Below are positions 17,190 to 26,429 of a stretch of DNA of 43,687 nt, piece by piece. Both the position numbers and the translations under genes were made by a program. The notes under the pieces were generated by a model. The model was not told where the DNA came from. It saw only the letters and a program-made list of their open reading frames with translations, and did no database searches. How positions within the stretch are numbered: position 1 is the stretch's first letter; each line of letters starts with the position of its first letter. Source of the stretch: Minisyncoccia bacterium (lineage in GTDB: Bacteria; Patescibacteriota; Minisyncoccia; Phycocordibacterales; Zambryskibacteraceae); the NCBI GenBank assembly GCA_041742965.1, contig JBGTNQ010000005.1:1-43687 (forward strand), written 5' to 3'.

Positions 17190-17460
17190 GACAAGACCGT
17201 TCACCTCCAGAGAGATGAACGGCCTTTGGAAAGGCTGAGTCCTAAGGGACGAGAGTCTTGTTGGTTTGGCTGTGAGGCCTCACCGATGAGCGCAGTTTGT
17301 GCCTGAGGGATGCCGAAGCATGACCATCAGAACTCTTTCGTCTCGACAAGTGCTATCGAACCTAGAAAACAGGAGCTTTCCGTCACGGGGTCTCAGCGGA
17401 CTCCGCAAGTGCGGTTGCCAGTTTCCCGGCTACCACCTCAGAGGGGATTCCTCGTAAGGT
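17190..17460 (-). ncRNA. Putative structured non-coding RNA (unassigned)
   Basis: GC-rich segment without a credible ORF, between a TTGACT-18-TAGTGT promoter and a terminator-like hairpin; contains GAAA and UUCG tetraloop hairpins. Confidence 0.4.
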
Positions 17461-17515
17461 ATGAAGACACTATCAAATCCACCATAACAAAGTCAACAGT
17501 TAAAAACATTCGAAA

Positions 17516-18841
17516 TTATTTTTTCTTTTTTGTCAAAAATAGCTCACTTCTCTTTTTTTTATGAAATGCTATGGCGAATCTATGTGCCTCTCCGTTTAAA
17601 ATCAAAATTTCCCTAGTCCGATTCCCTAGTACTTTCCAAGAGCCCAAAACGGCTCTGGGTTTATGCTTTTCATCTTTTACGACAGATACCACCGGTATTT
17701 TTTTATCTATTTCCTGAAGCACTTTTTGAGCCGTATTTATTTGTGCTCGTCCGCCATCGACAACAATCAAATCTGGAATTCTCCAGTCAGGATGATTAAA
17801 CCTTCGAGTCAAAACTTCTTTTAAATTCCCCGCATCATTAACCCCCACTTCCCCATCTCCACGAATAATAAACTTTCTGTACTCATTTTTATTTAATTCC
17901 CCACCCTCCATAACTACCATTACACCTACCGTAGAGGTGCCAGAAATATGTGCGATATCATAAGCTTCAATTCTGAAACTAGCTTTTAGCTTATAGTTAT
18001 TAGCTGTCAGAGAACTCTTTAAAAGGGCGACATCTTGGATATGGTTTATAGCAAAAATTGTCTGTTTTATCTTTTGAGCTTTTTCAAATTCGCGTGACTT
18101 GACTTCATTTTTCATCTGTCTCTCAAGGTTTCTTATTGCCTTTTGTGTTTCTCCAGAAAAAAATAACTCTAAATTATTTATAATCTTTCCATATTCTTTG
18201 GCAGAAACCTCACCCGTACAAACACCGGGGCAAAGCTCAATTTGGCGATTAAAACACGGCTTTGGGGCAGATTTGAGATTTGAGATTTGAGATTTGAGAT
18301 TGGGAATACATTTATCTCTAAATGGAAAAATTTTTCTAATAATTTTTAAAGCTTCTTTGAGTTGAGAACCGTGTGGGAAGGGGCCGAAGAAAGCTCTCAG
18401 CTTATAGCTGTCAGCTTTTAGCTTTGAATCCTTATTCCTCATTCCATATTCCTTGTTCTTCCCCCCCGCTAGTTCTCTTCCTCTTTGGATTAAAACTCGA
18501 GGAAATTCTTCGTCTGTGATGACGACAAAGTTATAACTCTTATCATCTTTTTCTTTTGAGTTGTAAATCGGTTGAAACTTTTTGATTGTATGAGCCTCAA
18601 GAATGAGAGCTTCTAAGACAGAGTTTGTTCCTTGAAAATCAATACTCGACATTTCCTCCACCATTTTCACGATCAATGGACCTCTGGCCCCCATTAAGTC
18701 GCTAGAAAAATAGCTCCGCACCCTGTCACGAAGAGATGTTGCTTTTCCAACATAAAGAATTTTCTTTCCTTTTTTAAAAAGATATATTCCTGGGCTATCT
18801 GGAAGTTTTTCTTCAATTTTTTTGAAATTCTTTTTTTCCAT
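17516..18841 (-). CDS. uvrC: Excinuclease ABC subunit C (short form, no C-terminal HhH)
   Basis: GIY-YIG (PGIYLF..YVGKA), UVR coil and RNase H-like IEAYDIAH...PDLIVVDGG...EAHRFA motifs. Confidence 0.92.
   Translation of the reverse strand: MEKKNFKKIEEKLPDSPGIYLFKKGKKILYVGKATSLRDRVRSYFSSDLMGARGPLIVKMVEEMSSIDFQGTNSVLEALILEAHTIKKFQPIYNSKEKDDKSYNFVVITDEEFPRVLIQRGRELAGGKNKEYGMRNKDSKLKADSYKLRAFFGPFPHGSQLKEALKIIRKIFPFRDKCIPNLKSQISNLKSAPKPCFNRQIELCPGVCTGEVSAKEYGKIINNLELFFSGETQKAIRNLERQMKNEVKSREFEKAQKIKQTIFAINHIQDVALLKSSLTANNYKLKASFRIEAYDIAHISGTSTVGVMVVMEGGELNKNEYRKFIIRGDGEVGVNDAGNLKEVLTRRFNHPDWRIPDLIVVDGGRAQINTAQKVLQEIDKKIPVVSVVKDEKHKPRAVLGSWKVLGNRTREILILNGEAHRFAIAFHKKKRSELFLTKKKK
18269..18303. repeat. 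Heptamer tandem repeat (AGATTTG)x5 inside uvrC
   Basis: Directly visible; encodes NLKSQISNLKS. Confidence 0.9.
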
Positions 18842-18862
18842 TGTGGGTAATATAGCACAAGC

Positions 18863-18886
18863 CCCCGACCGCCTAGGCGGTCGGGG
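18863..18886. terminator. Palindrome CCCCGACCGCC-TA-GGCGGTCGGGG
   Basis: Perfect inverted repeat downstream of the 48-aa ORF; same arms as 24006-24036. Confidence 0.7.
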
Positions 18887-18901
18887 ACAGTTGTGTGCTC
18901 C

Positions 18902-19048
18902 TCAGTTCATGTAGACACGCGCTCGCCACTTCCCGCGGTAAATGCAGACCATCCGTCCCCTACGGCGATGCTTGATAAAGCCGAAGGAAAGACGACGATT
19001 GAAACCACGGTAGAATAAGGCGTTGCCGACATGAGCTTGATTGAACAC
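18902..19048 (-). CDS. Arg-rich microprotein (48 aa; not in the ORF track)
   Basis: AAGGAG SD 5 nt before GTG; MFNQAHVGNALFYRGFNRRLSFGFIKHRRRGRMVCIYRGKWRARVYMN. Confidence 0.55.
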   Translation of the reverse strand: MFNQAHVGNALFYRGFNRRLSFGFIKHRRRGRMVCIYRGKWRARVYMN

Positions 19049-19114
19049 GGTATCTCCTTCAAGTGAAGATGGTGACTGGGAACAACTCCAAAAACCATAT
19101 CATAAATATAAAAT

Positions 19115-21745
19115 TTAACCAGTACTCTTTGTTTTAAGAACCCTTTTCAGATAGATGCCCGTATGTGAACCTTTTAGGTTGGCAATATACTCAGGCGAAC
19201 CTGCCCCCACAATATTTCCACCACCACTGCCCCCTTCTGGTCCGATATCAATAATATAATCAGCGCTTTTAATAAGATCCATGTTGTGCTCAATTACTAC
19301 TACAGTATTTCCTTTATCCGCTAATTTCTGGAGAATTTCAATAAGTTTTTTTACATCTTCATAATGAAGTCCAATCGTCGGTTCGTCTAAAAGGTATATT
19401 GTTTTCTGTATATGAGGACGATAAAGTTCAGAAGAAATCTTCACTCTTTGAGCTTCTCCGCCTGAAAGAGTGGTAGCAGATTGCCCAAGTTCCAAGTACC
19501 CAAGTCCGACATCATTTAAGCTTTTTAATCTGTCATAAATTGCTGGTATATCTTCAAAGAAATCTAATGCCTCTTCTACAGTCATATGTAAAACATCATA
19601 TATACTTTTTTTCTTATATTTAACCTCCAAGGTTTCTTTCATAAATCTCTTTCCGCCACAGACATCACAGGGCACATACACGGTAGGTAGAAAATGCATC
19701 TCCACCTCTATTTCTCCATTTCCTTGGCAAGTTTCGCATCTTCCACCTTTGACATTAAAAGAAAATCTATTTGCTCTCCATCCACGCACGCGAGCTTCTG
19801 CTGTTTCTGCAAATAAATCACGAATAAAAGTAAAAGCCCCAGTATAAGTCGCGGGGTTAGACCGCGGAGTTCTACCTATTGGAGACTGATCTATTAAAAT
19901 TGCTCGCCCCAAATATTCACTTCCTAAAAAACTTTTTGCATTATATGTTTCAGGGGACCTATATCTTCTATCAAAGCGTGCCTGAAGATTCTTGTGTAAA
20001 ATTTCATAAACAAAAGATGATTTTCCAGACCCAGAAACGCCCGTTACCGCCACAAATTTACCCAAAGGGACATCGATGTTTAAATCTTTTATATTAAAAA
20101 TATTTCCACCACGGATAGAGAGCACCCCTCGCTCTTCTTGTCTTCTTTTGGCCGGCACAGGTATGACCTCTTCACCTCGCAAATATGAAAGAGTTGTAGA
20201 ACCAGAAACATTTTTCTTCGCTGTAAGAAGGTCTTTTAAATAATCAGCAACCACCACTTTACCACCGTGGACTCCTGCCCCCGGCCCAATATCCACAAGG
20301 TAGTCAGAAGCAAATATTGTATCTTCATCATGTTCAACAACGAGAATAGTATTTCCCAAGTCGCGAAGATGAAGAAGGGTTTGAATTAAACGCTCATTAT
20401 CCCTTGAGTGAAGACCTATAGTGGGTTCATCCAAAACATAGAGGGCTCCCACAAGGCCAGAGCCAAGCTGTGAAGCTAGTCTAATCCTTTGTGCTTCTCC
20501 ACCAGAAAGAGTGTGTGCTCGCCTATTTAGAGAAAGGTATTCAATCCCAACATTTAACATAAATTCAAGACGAGATTCTATTTCCTTTGTGACCACCTTA
20601 GAAATACCCTTCTCTCTAGCAGTGAGCTTGAGTTTTTTAAAGTACTCATTTGCATCTTGAATAGAAAGTCCTGTTACTTGGACGATATTTAACCCTCCGA
20701 TAAGCACATGGAGTGCTTCTGGTCTCAAGCGAGCACCATTACAAACTGGACATGCCTCATCACCGAAAAAGTGTCGAGTTCCCAAACCATTACATTCTGG
20801 ACAGGCACCATATGGAGAGTTAAAAGAAAACATCCTAGGTTCAACCTCCGGATATGAATATCCATCATTTGGACAAGAAAGTTTTGCTGACATAAGAAAA
20901 TCATCGTCCTTAGTATCTGTGTTTTCACCTCTTTTCTTTTTTGAATCAAGAAAAGAAACTCTAACAAGCCCATCTGACTCCTCTAGCGTCTTCTCCAGAG
21001 ATTCTGAAAGTCTTTCTTCAAACGACTTTTTGTCTTCCTTAAGGTCTCGGATGTTTATCTGATCCACCAAAACATCTATATCGTGTTTTTTGGTCTTTGA
21101 TAGGATAATCTGATCACGAAGTTTTTTGCGTACACCGTCCACCACCACCTCTGAATAACCTTTTCCAAGTAAGTCGTAGAGAAGTTGATAATATTCACCC
21201 TTTCTACCTCGCACCACTGGGGCGAAAAGTTCTACATAGATAGGAAATTCTAGTGCTGTATTGGCTTTGGCAAGATTTGAAAGCTTGGTTTCTATTTTTT
21301 CTAAAATAAGACCTTTAATCTCTTCATTTGAAAGTCTTTTTATTTCTTCTCCACAAACCAAACAATGTGGATGTCCGATACGGGCAAAAAGTATACGAAG
21401 ATAGTCATATATTTCTGTGATAGTGGCCACGGTCGAACGAGGGTTGTTAGATCTAGATTTTTGGTCTATGGAAATGGCTGGTGAGAGACCTATAATCTCA
21501 TCAACATCTGGCTTCTGCATTTGTCGCAAAAACTGCCTTGCATATGAAGAAAGAGATTCTACATATCTTCTTTGCCCTTCGGCAAAAATAGTATCAAACG
21601 CCAAAGACGACTTTCCACTCCCTGAAAGCCCTGTAAAAACAATCATTTTATTCCTAGGCATCTCAACCGTAATATCTTTAAGATTATGAGTGCGTGCTCC
21701 ACGAACGATGAGCTTGTCTTCTGATTTTTTATTATCTTTTTTCAT
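19115..21745 (-). CDS. uvrA: Excinuclease ABC subunit A
   Basis: GLSGSGKSSLAFDTIFAEGQRRYVES, zinc fingers, and LSGGEAQR twice. Confidence 0.97.
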   Translation of the reverse strand: MKKDNKKSEDKLIVRGARTHNLKDITVEMPRNKMIVFTGLSGSGKSSLAFDTIFAEGQRRYVESLSSYARQFLRQMQKPDVDEIIGLSPAISIDQKSRSNNPRSTVATITEIYDYLRILFARIGHPHCLVCGEEIKRLSNEEIKGLILEKIETKLSNLAKANTALEFPIYVELFAPVVRGRKGEYYQLLYDLLGKGYSEVVVDGVRKKLRDQIILSKTKKHDIDVLVDQINIRDLKEDKKSFEERLSESLEKTLEESDGLVRVSFLDSKKKRGENTDTKDDDFLMSAKLSCPNDGYSYPEVEPRMFSFNSPYGACPECNGLGTRHFFGDEACPVCNGARLRPEALHVLIGGLNIVQVTGLSIQDANEYFKKLKLTAREKGISKVVTKEIESRLEFMLNVGIEYLSLNRRAHTLSGGEAQRIRLASQLGSGLVGALYVLDEPTIGLHSRDNERLIQTLLHLRDLGNTILVVEHDEDTIFASDYLVDIGPGAGVHGGKVVVADYLKDLLTAKKNVSGSTTLSYLRGEEVIPVPAKRRQEERGVLSIRGGNIFNIKDLNIDVPLGKFVAVTGVSGSGKSSFVYEILHKNLQARFDRRYRSPETYNAKSFLGSEYLGRAILIDQSPIGRTPRSNPATYTGAFTFIRDLFAETAEARVRGWRANRFSFNVKGGRCETCQGNGEIEVEMHFLPTVYVPCDVCGGKRFMKETLEVKYKKKSIYDVLHMTVEEALDFFEDIPAIYDRLKSLNDVGLGYLELGQSATTLSGGEAQRVKISSELYRPHIQKTIYLLDEPTIGLHYEDVKKLIEILQKLADKGNTVVVIEHNMDLIKSADYIIDIGPEGGSGGGNIVGAGSPEYIANLKGSHTGIYLKRVLKTKSTG

Positions 21746-21826
21746 TTTATATACAAAGCGCCTAGGGGTTCGTCCCTAGGGTCATACACGAAGTGATTCT
21801 AACACACAGCAGAGCAAAAAACACTT

Positions 21827-23857
21827 TTATGATTTAGACTCCAGTTTTTTCTCCAAAGCTACTATTTCATCTCTTAAAATCGCTGCAGTCTCAAAATCTA
21901 AAATTTTTACAGCCGCATTCATTTGTATTTCCTTTTTGCGAATAAACTTTCGAGGATTCTTCAAAAAGGCTTTTTCTTCTAGAGCTAATTGACTCTCCAC
22001 AACCTGTTTGTGCTCTCTGCTTAGTCCCTCTGTAATATCGTGAATCTTTTTAATAATGGTTTTAGGTGTAATGCCGTGTTTTTTATTATAAACAATCTGT
22101 AAAACCCGACGACGATTAGTCTCCCCCATAGCTCTCTCCATTGAGCCCGTAACTCTGTCAGCATAGAGAATAACTCTTCCATCTATATTTCTAGCAGCAC
22201 GACCAATAATTTGAATGAGAGAAGTTTCAGAACGAAGAAAGCCCTCCTTATCTGCATCCAAAATACCAATAAATGTAACCTCTGGAAGGTCTAAGCCCTC
22301 TCGAAGAAGATTAACCCCGACCAAACAATCAAACTCCCCTTTTCTAAATTTAGTGAGAATTTCAATCCTTTCCATTGTTTTTATGTCGCTGTGTAAATAC
22401 TCTGATTTAATCTTTTTTTCCTTCAGATATTCACTCAAATCCTCTGCCATCTTTTTAGTGAGAGTTGTAGCAATGACCCTACCTCCTTTTTTAACAGCTT
22501 TTTCTGTTTCATTTATAAAATCGGCAATTTGTCCTCCATATGTTTTAGAACTTTGAATCGGGCGGACAACTACTTCAGGATCAGTAAGCCCAGTAGGGCG
22601 AATGACCTGCTCTATCACTTCGCTATTTTTTTCTATCTCATATTTTCCCGGAGTCGCAGAAGTATATATGACCTGCCCCACCTTTCCTTCAAATTCAGAA
22701 AACTTTAGAGGTCTATTGTCTTTGGCGCTTGGCAACCTAAAACCGTGCTCCACCAAAGTTTCTTTTCTGGCCTGATCACCGTTATACATTCCACCTATTT
22801 GAGGAACTGTCACATGAGATTCGTCTATGATTGTTAAGAAGTCAGCACTTCCGTCTGCTTTGTGTGGAAAGTATGAAAGAAGTGTGTCCGGTGCATCGCC
22901 CACGAGTTTGCCCGAAAAATGTCTAGAATAGTTTTCAATACCAGAACAATACCCAATTTCTCGAATCATAGCCAAATCATATTTAGTTCTTCGTTTTAAT
23001 CTTTCTGCTTCTAAAATTTTCTTTTCTTTGTCTAGCTCTTTGAGTCTCACTTCGAGCTCTTTTGATATATCTTTTACAGCCCTATCAATCTCACTTTTTT
23101 CTGTAATAAAGTGCTTTGCTGGAAATAGAAAAAATATAGAAACATCTTCGAGCACTGTACGAGACACGGCATCAATCTTTTGAATTGATTTTATTTTATT
23201 GACATCCAACTCTATCCTATAAACCACTTTTTCTGACACAGGCATTATTTCCACAGCCCCACCCAGGGCTCTAAATGTTCCAGGGGTCAAATCTGCATTA
23301 GTGCGAGAAAAATGAATGTCTATTAGCTTACGAATAAATTCAGAGCGAGAAATTGCATCTCCCTTGGCAATTTTCAAATTCACTCTTTCATACTCTCTAG
23401 GGCTACCTAGTCCGTATATACAAGAAACGGATGCCACAATAATGACATCTTCCCGCGTAAGAAGGGCTTGGGTTGAGGCGTGCCTGAGACGATCTATCTC
23501 TTCATTAATCTGCGCCTCTTTTTCTATGTAAGTATCAGTCACGGGCATATAGGCCTCTGGTTGATAATAGTCGTAGTAGGAAACAAAATAATGAACCGCA
23601 TTATTTGGAAAAAATTCTTTGTATTCTTGGGCCAATTGAGCGGCGAGGGTTTTATTGTGAGCTATGACAAGCGTGGGCTTTTGAATTTTCTCAATTACAT
23701 TTGCCACAGTAAATGTTTTACCAGAGCCAGTCACACCCAAAAGAGTTTGGTGTGGTAAACCTTTTTTTATTCCTTCCACCAACTTCTGAATAGCCTTCGG
23801 CTGGTCACCCGCCGGAGAGAATTCACTCTTTATTTTGAACTTATTTTTTAGTTTCAT
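21827..23857 (-). CDS. uvrB: Excinuclease ABC subunit B
   Basis: PAGDQP, GVTGSGKT, YFVSYYDYYQPEAY, DESH and NLLREGLDLPEV motifs. Confidence 0.97.
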   Translation of the reverse strand: MKLKNKFKIKSEFSPAGDQPKAIQKLVEGIKKGLPHQTLLGVTGSGKTFTVANVIEKIQKPTLVIAHNKTLAAQLAQEYKEFFPNNAVHYFVSYYDYYQPEAYMPVTDTYIEKEAQINEEIDRLRHASTQALLTREDVIIVASVSCIYGLGSPREYERVNLKIAKGDAISRSEFIRKLIDIHFSRTNADLTPGTFRALGGAVEIMPVSEKVVYRIELDVNKIKSIQKIDAVSRTVLEDVSIFFLFPAKHFITEKSEIDRAVKDISKELEVRLKELDKEKKILEAERLKRRTKYDLAMIREIGYCSGIENYSRHFSGKLVGDAPDTLLSYFPHKADGSADFLTIIDESHVTVPQIGGMYNGDQARKETLVEHGFRLPSAKDNRPLKFSEFEGKVGQVIYTSATPGKYEIEKNSEVIEQVIRPTGLTDPEVVVRPIQSSKTYGGQIADFINETEKAVKKGGRVIATTLTKKMAEDLSEYLKEKKIKSEYLHSDIKTMERIEILTKFRKGEFDCLVGVNLLREGLDLPEVTFIGILDADKEGFLRSETSLIQIIGRAARNIDGRVILYADRVTGSMERAMGETNRRRVLQIVYNKKHGITPKTIIKKIHDITEGLSREHKQVVESQLALEEKAFLKNPRKFIRKKEIQMNAAVKILDFETAAILRDEIVALEKKLESKS

Positions 23858-23863
23858 AATAAT

Positions 23864-23965
23864 TTACAGCACTACTTCTCGCCTCGTAGTGAGCTCTGCT
23901 CTACTACTGAGGTCACCTGCCGGAGAGAACTCACTTTTTATTTTAAACCTTTGAGCCGATTTCAT
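23864..23965 (-). pseudogene. Truncated duplicate of the uvrB 5' end interrupted by a palindrome
   Basis: MKSAQRFKIKSEFSPAGD|LSSRAELTTRREVVL* versus UvrB MKLKNKFKIKSEFSPAGDQ; 108-bp offset. Confidence 0.75.
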
Positions 23966-24005
23966 AGATTAGAGAGTATCAGATTATACAAAATGAACAA
24001 AACAC

Positions 24006-24036
24006 AACCCCGACCGCCTAAAAGGCGGTCGGGGTT
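24006..24036. terminator. Palindrome AACCCCGACCGCCT...AGGCGGTCGGGGTT
   Basis: Inverted repeat downstream of ORF 24071-24346. Confidence 0.7.
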
Positions 24037-24070
24037 TTTCTCATCACCTAACAGGTGAGGTGCTGATACT

Positions 24071-24346
24071 TCAGGGTGCCAGAGAATGAGAATAGTGACG
24101 ACTCGCCCTATCTCGACACCTTCTCCTTCCTTGCGGATAGAGGTCTCGACGCTCTTTTGCGCGAACCCTCTGCCTCCTCTTGAACTCTTCGGGCGACACA
24201 ACATCCCCCTTCACCCTATCGAAAACACAGAGAGTGCGTGCGCCCGGGAATTCATCGCTCCAAACCTGTAGTCCATGATTGGCTGAAGACTTGATGAGTT
24301 CACCAATTGTGACAGGAGAGTCGGAAGACCTCTTTCTGTGATACAT
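24071..24346 (-). CDS. Hypothetical Arg-rich protein
   Basis: AAGGAGG SD before the ATG; flanked by an attenuator-like element and a terminator. Confidence 0.55.
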   Translation of the reverse strand: MYHRKRSSDSPVTIGELIKSSANHGLQVWSDEFPGARTLCVFDRVKGDVVSPEEFKRRQRVRAKERRDLYPQGRRRCRDRASRHYSHSLAP

Positions 24347-24380
24347 ACTTCCTCCTTAGATGAGTGAAAGAACAGTGGGC

Positions 24381-24522
24381 ACAAAAGCAGAACGGACCCT
24401 CGAATGTTTCGAGGGCCCGTTTCTGTTTTCGTAAATTATCTTAAATTAACTTAATCAGAAATAGGCCCCAAAAAGAGAGGCATAAAGGTGACAGAAATAA
24501 ACTTAAAATAATTCCTTTGCAT
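24381..24522 (-). promoter_or_regulatory. Putative leader-peptide transcription attenuator
   Basis: 23-aa uORF (24451-24522) whose 3' end can pair with the 5' arm of a downstream terminator; promoter TTGATT-17-TATCTT upstream. Confidence 0.55.
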
Positions 24523-24594
24523 TGTCTTAGTAAGATATAACACCTAGCCAAAATAATCAATCTGACTAGTCCACAGCTAAAAACCATTTACGAA

Positions 24595-25809
24595 CTATGA
24601 TTTCTTATACTTCTCCAAAAAATCTTTTTTGAACTCAAAAAAATTGCCGTCCAAAATAGCCTGACGCATGCGGGCCACCAAACCGGCAATAAATGTCAGA
24701 TTATGAATACTTGCCAATGTCCCTCCAAGCATTTCTTTTCCATGGAAAAGATGCGCTACATAGCTTCTGGAATAATTTTTACAAGTATGACACTCGCACC
24801 CTTCTTCAATTGGAGAAAAATCTTCTCTAAACTGCGTATTGCCTATATGAATTTTTCCCGATGAGGTAAATATAGTGCCATTACGTCCGAGGCGAGTCGG
24901 TATAACACAATCAAATAAATCCACACCATTCTCTACTCCCTCAAACAAATCTTCTGGCTCCCCTATACCAAGCAAGTGCCTTGGCTTTTCCTCTGGCAAT
25001 ATTTCATTAACCCACTTTACAGCAGTAGACATATCTTCTTTGGCAAAGGACCCACCAATTCCATATCCATCAAAGCCCATTTCAGAAATAACCTTTGCAG
25101 ACAACTTTCTCAATCTCTCATCCCTTCCACCCTGAACGATACCAAACAAAGCTATCGACTTAGAACTTAGAGCCGAGAGCTTATTGTGATGCTCCAGAGA
25201 GCGCTTGGCCCATCTGTGAGTACGGTTGAGTGCTTCTTCTTGATATTCCAAAGACTCGGTTGGTGAAGTGCATTCATCAAAAGCAAAAATGATATCCGCA
25301 CCAATATTGTGCTGAATCTCAATAGATTTTTCTGGTGTTATATAGTGAAGACTACCATCCAAGTGCGATCTAAAAGAAACTCCGTCTGCCCCAACAGTGG
25401 CTAGTCTTGGAACTTCAGATTCAAGCGATCGCTCTGGGATTAGAAAGTTTGGGTTTGTCTCTGCAATAACTTTTGAAATACCTTTTCCATAAGCGGAACC
25501 CAGAGAAAACACTTGAAACCCCCCAGAATCAGTCATTGCTGGCCCATGCCAATTCATAAACCTGTGTAAGCCTCCGGCCTTTTTTATCGTCTCATCACCT
25601 GGTTGTAAATATAAGTGATATGTATTGGCCAGTACTACTTGAAGGCCTGCATTTTTCACTTGCTCTGTAGAAACAGATTTTACTGTGGCCTTGGTACCCA
25701 CAGCCACAAAAGCCGGAGTTTCTATATCTCCATGAGGTGTAGTGATGACTCCGGCTCTGCCCAAACCTAGAGTATTTTTCTTTTCTATGCGGAATGAAAA
25801 ACTAGACAT
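24595..25809 (-). CDS. tgt: Queuine tRNA-ribosyltransferase (tRNA-guanine transglycosylase)
   Basis: TPAFVAVGT, LANTYHL, TDSGGFQVFSL, GIVQGG, DLFDCVIPTR and CECHTC...HN motifs. Confidence 0.95.
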   Translation of the reverse strand: MSSFSFRIEKKNTLGLGRAGVITTPHGDIETPAFVAVGTKATVKSVSTEQVKNAGLQVVLANTYHLYLQPGDETIKKAGGLHRFMNWHGPAMTDSGGFQVFSLGSAYGKGISKVIAETNPNFLIPERSLESEVPRLATVGADGVSFRSHLDGSLHYITPEKSIEIQHNIGADIIFAFDECTSPTESLEYQEEALNRTHRWAKRSLEHHNKLSALSSKSIALFGIVQGGRDERLRKLSAKVISEMGFDGYGIGGSFAKEDMSTAVKWVNEILPEEKPRHLLGIGEPEDLFEGVENGVDLFDCVIPTRLGRNGTIFTSSGKIHIGNTQFREDFSPIEEGCECHTCKNYSRSYVAHLFHGKEMLGGTLASIHNLTFIAGLVARMRQAILDGNFFEFKKDFLEKYKKS

Positions 25810-25890
25810 AGAACTACAATACCCGAAAAATGCTGAAACGCTAGACAAAACAAAACACCCCGCGCCTTAAGCGGGGGGTGTTTTGTTTTT

Positions 25891-26373
25891 TTAATTCCCA
25901 ACTCCCAGAAGTTCGACTTCAAAAATCAGAGTAGAGTTCGCAGGTATAGGACCTATTGCATTTGGACCATATCCCAAAGATGGTGGGATGGTGAGCTTTC
26001 TCTTTCCACCAACTTTCATGCCATTAAATCCTTGATCCCACCCAGCGATAACCTGACCAGCTCCCAACATAAATTGAAACGGCTGACCACGGTCAATAGA
26101 ACTATCAAACTTCTGGCCGTTCACCAATGTCCCTACATAGTGAACTGTTATTAAAGAACCAGCAACTGCCTCCGCACCAGAACCCAAAACAATATCCTCA
26201 ATCACTAGAGCCTGTGCTCCTGTTTGTTCTTCTGAATTCATAAAATCAAGTTGCACAACGTCTAGATTGTCGCTTGGTTGCGGACGAAACATCTCTACAA
26301 GGGTTCCGCTAAAAAAGAAGAAACCGATGACAAACACTCCAACCGCTATTGCTATCCACGAATTTCTGTTCAT
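25891..26373 (-). CDS. FKBP-type peptidyl-prolyl cis-trans isomerase with N-terminal membrane anchor
   Basis: [35 protein letters not shown] and [14 protein letters not shown] motifs. Confidence 0.95.
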   Translation of the reverse strand: MNRNSWIAIAVGVFVIGFFFFSGTLVEMFRPQPSDNLDVVQLDFMNSEEQTGAQALVIEDIVLGSGAEAVAGSLITVHYVGTLVNGQKFDSSIDRGQPFQFMLGAGQVIAGWDQGFNGMKVGGKRKLTIPPSLGYGPNAIGPIPANSTLIFEVELLGVGN

Positions 26374-26429
26374 AGTGCTCAAATTATTACCAATATGTAT
26401 TAAGTATATATCGAGACCCAATAAAGTAA

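Noticed and set aside
17230-17260. Hammerhead-like string CTGAGTCCTAAGGGACGAGA
   Set aside because: It lacks the CUGANGA core and the GAAA (it has GAGA); stems I and III could not be built.
17190-17460. T-box, tmRNA or RNase P identity for the structured region
   Set aside because: GCTGAGA and CGTCCC are present but there is no UGGNACC antiterminator bulge, no tRNA-like T-arm and no GAGGAAAGUCC motif.
18907-19098. 63-aa ORF from the track
   Set aside because: An alternative frame (18902-19048) has a clear SD and is preferred.
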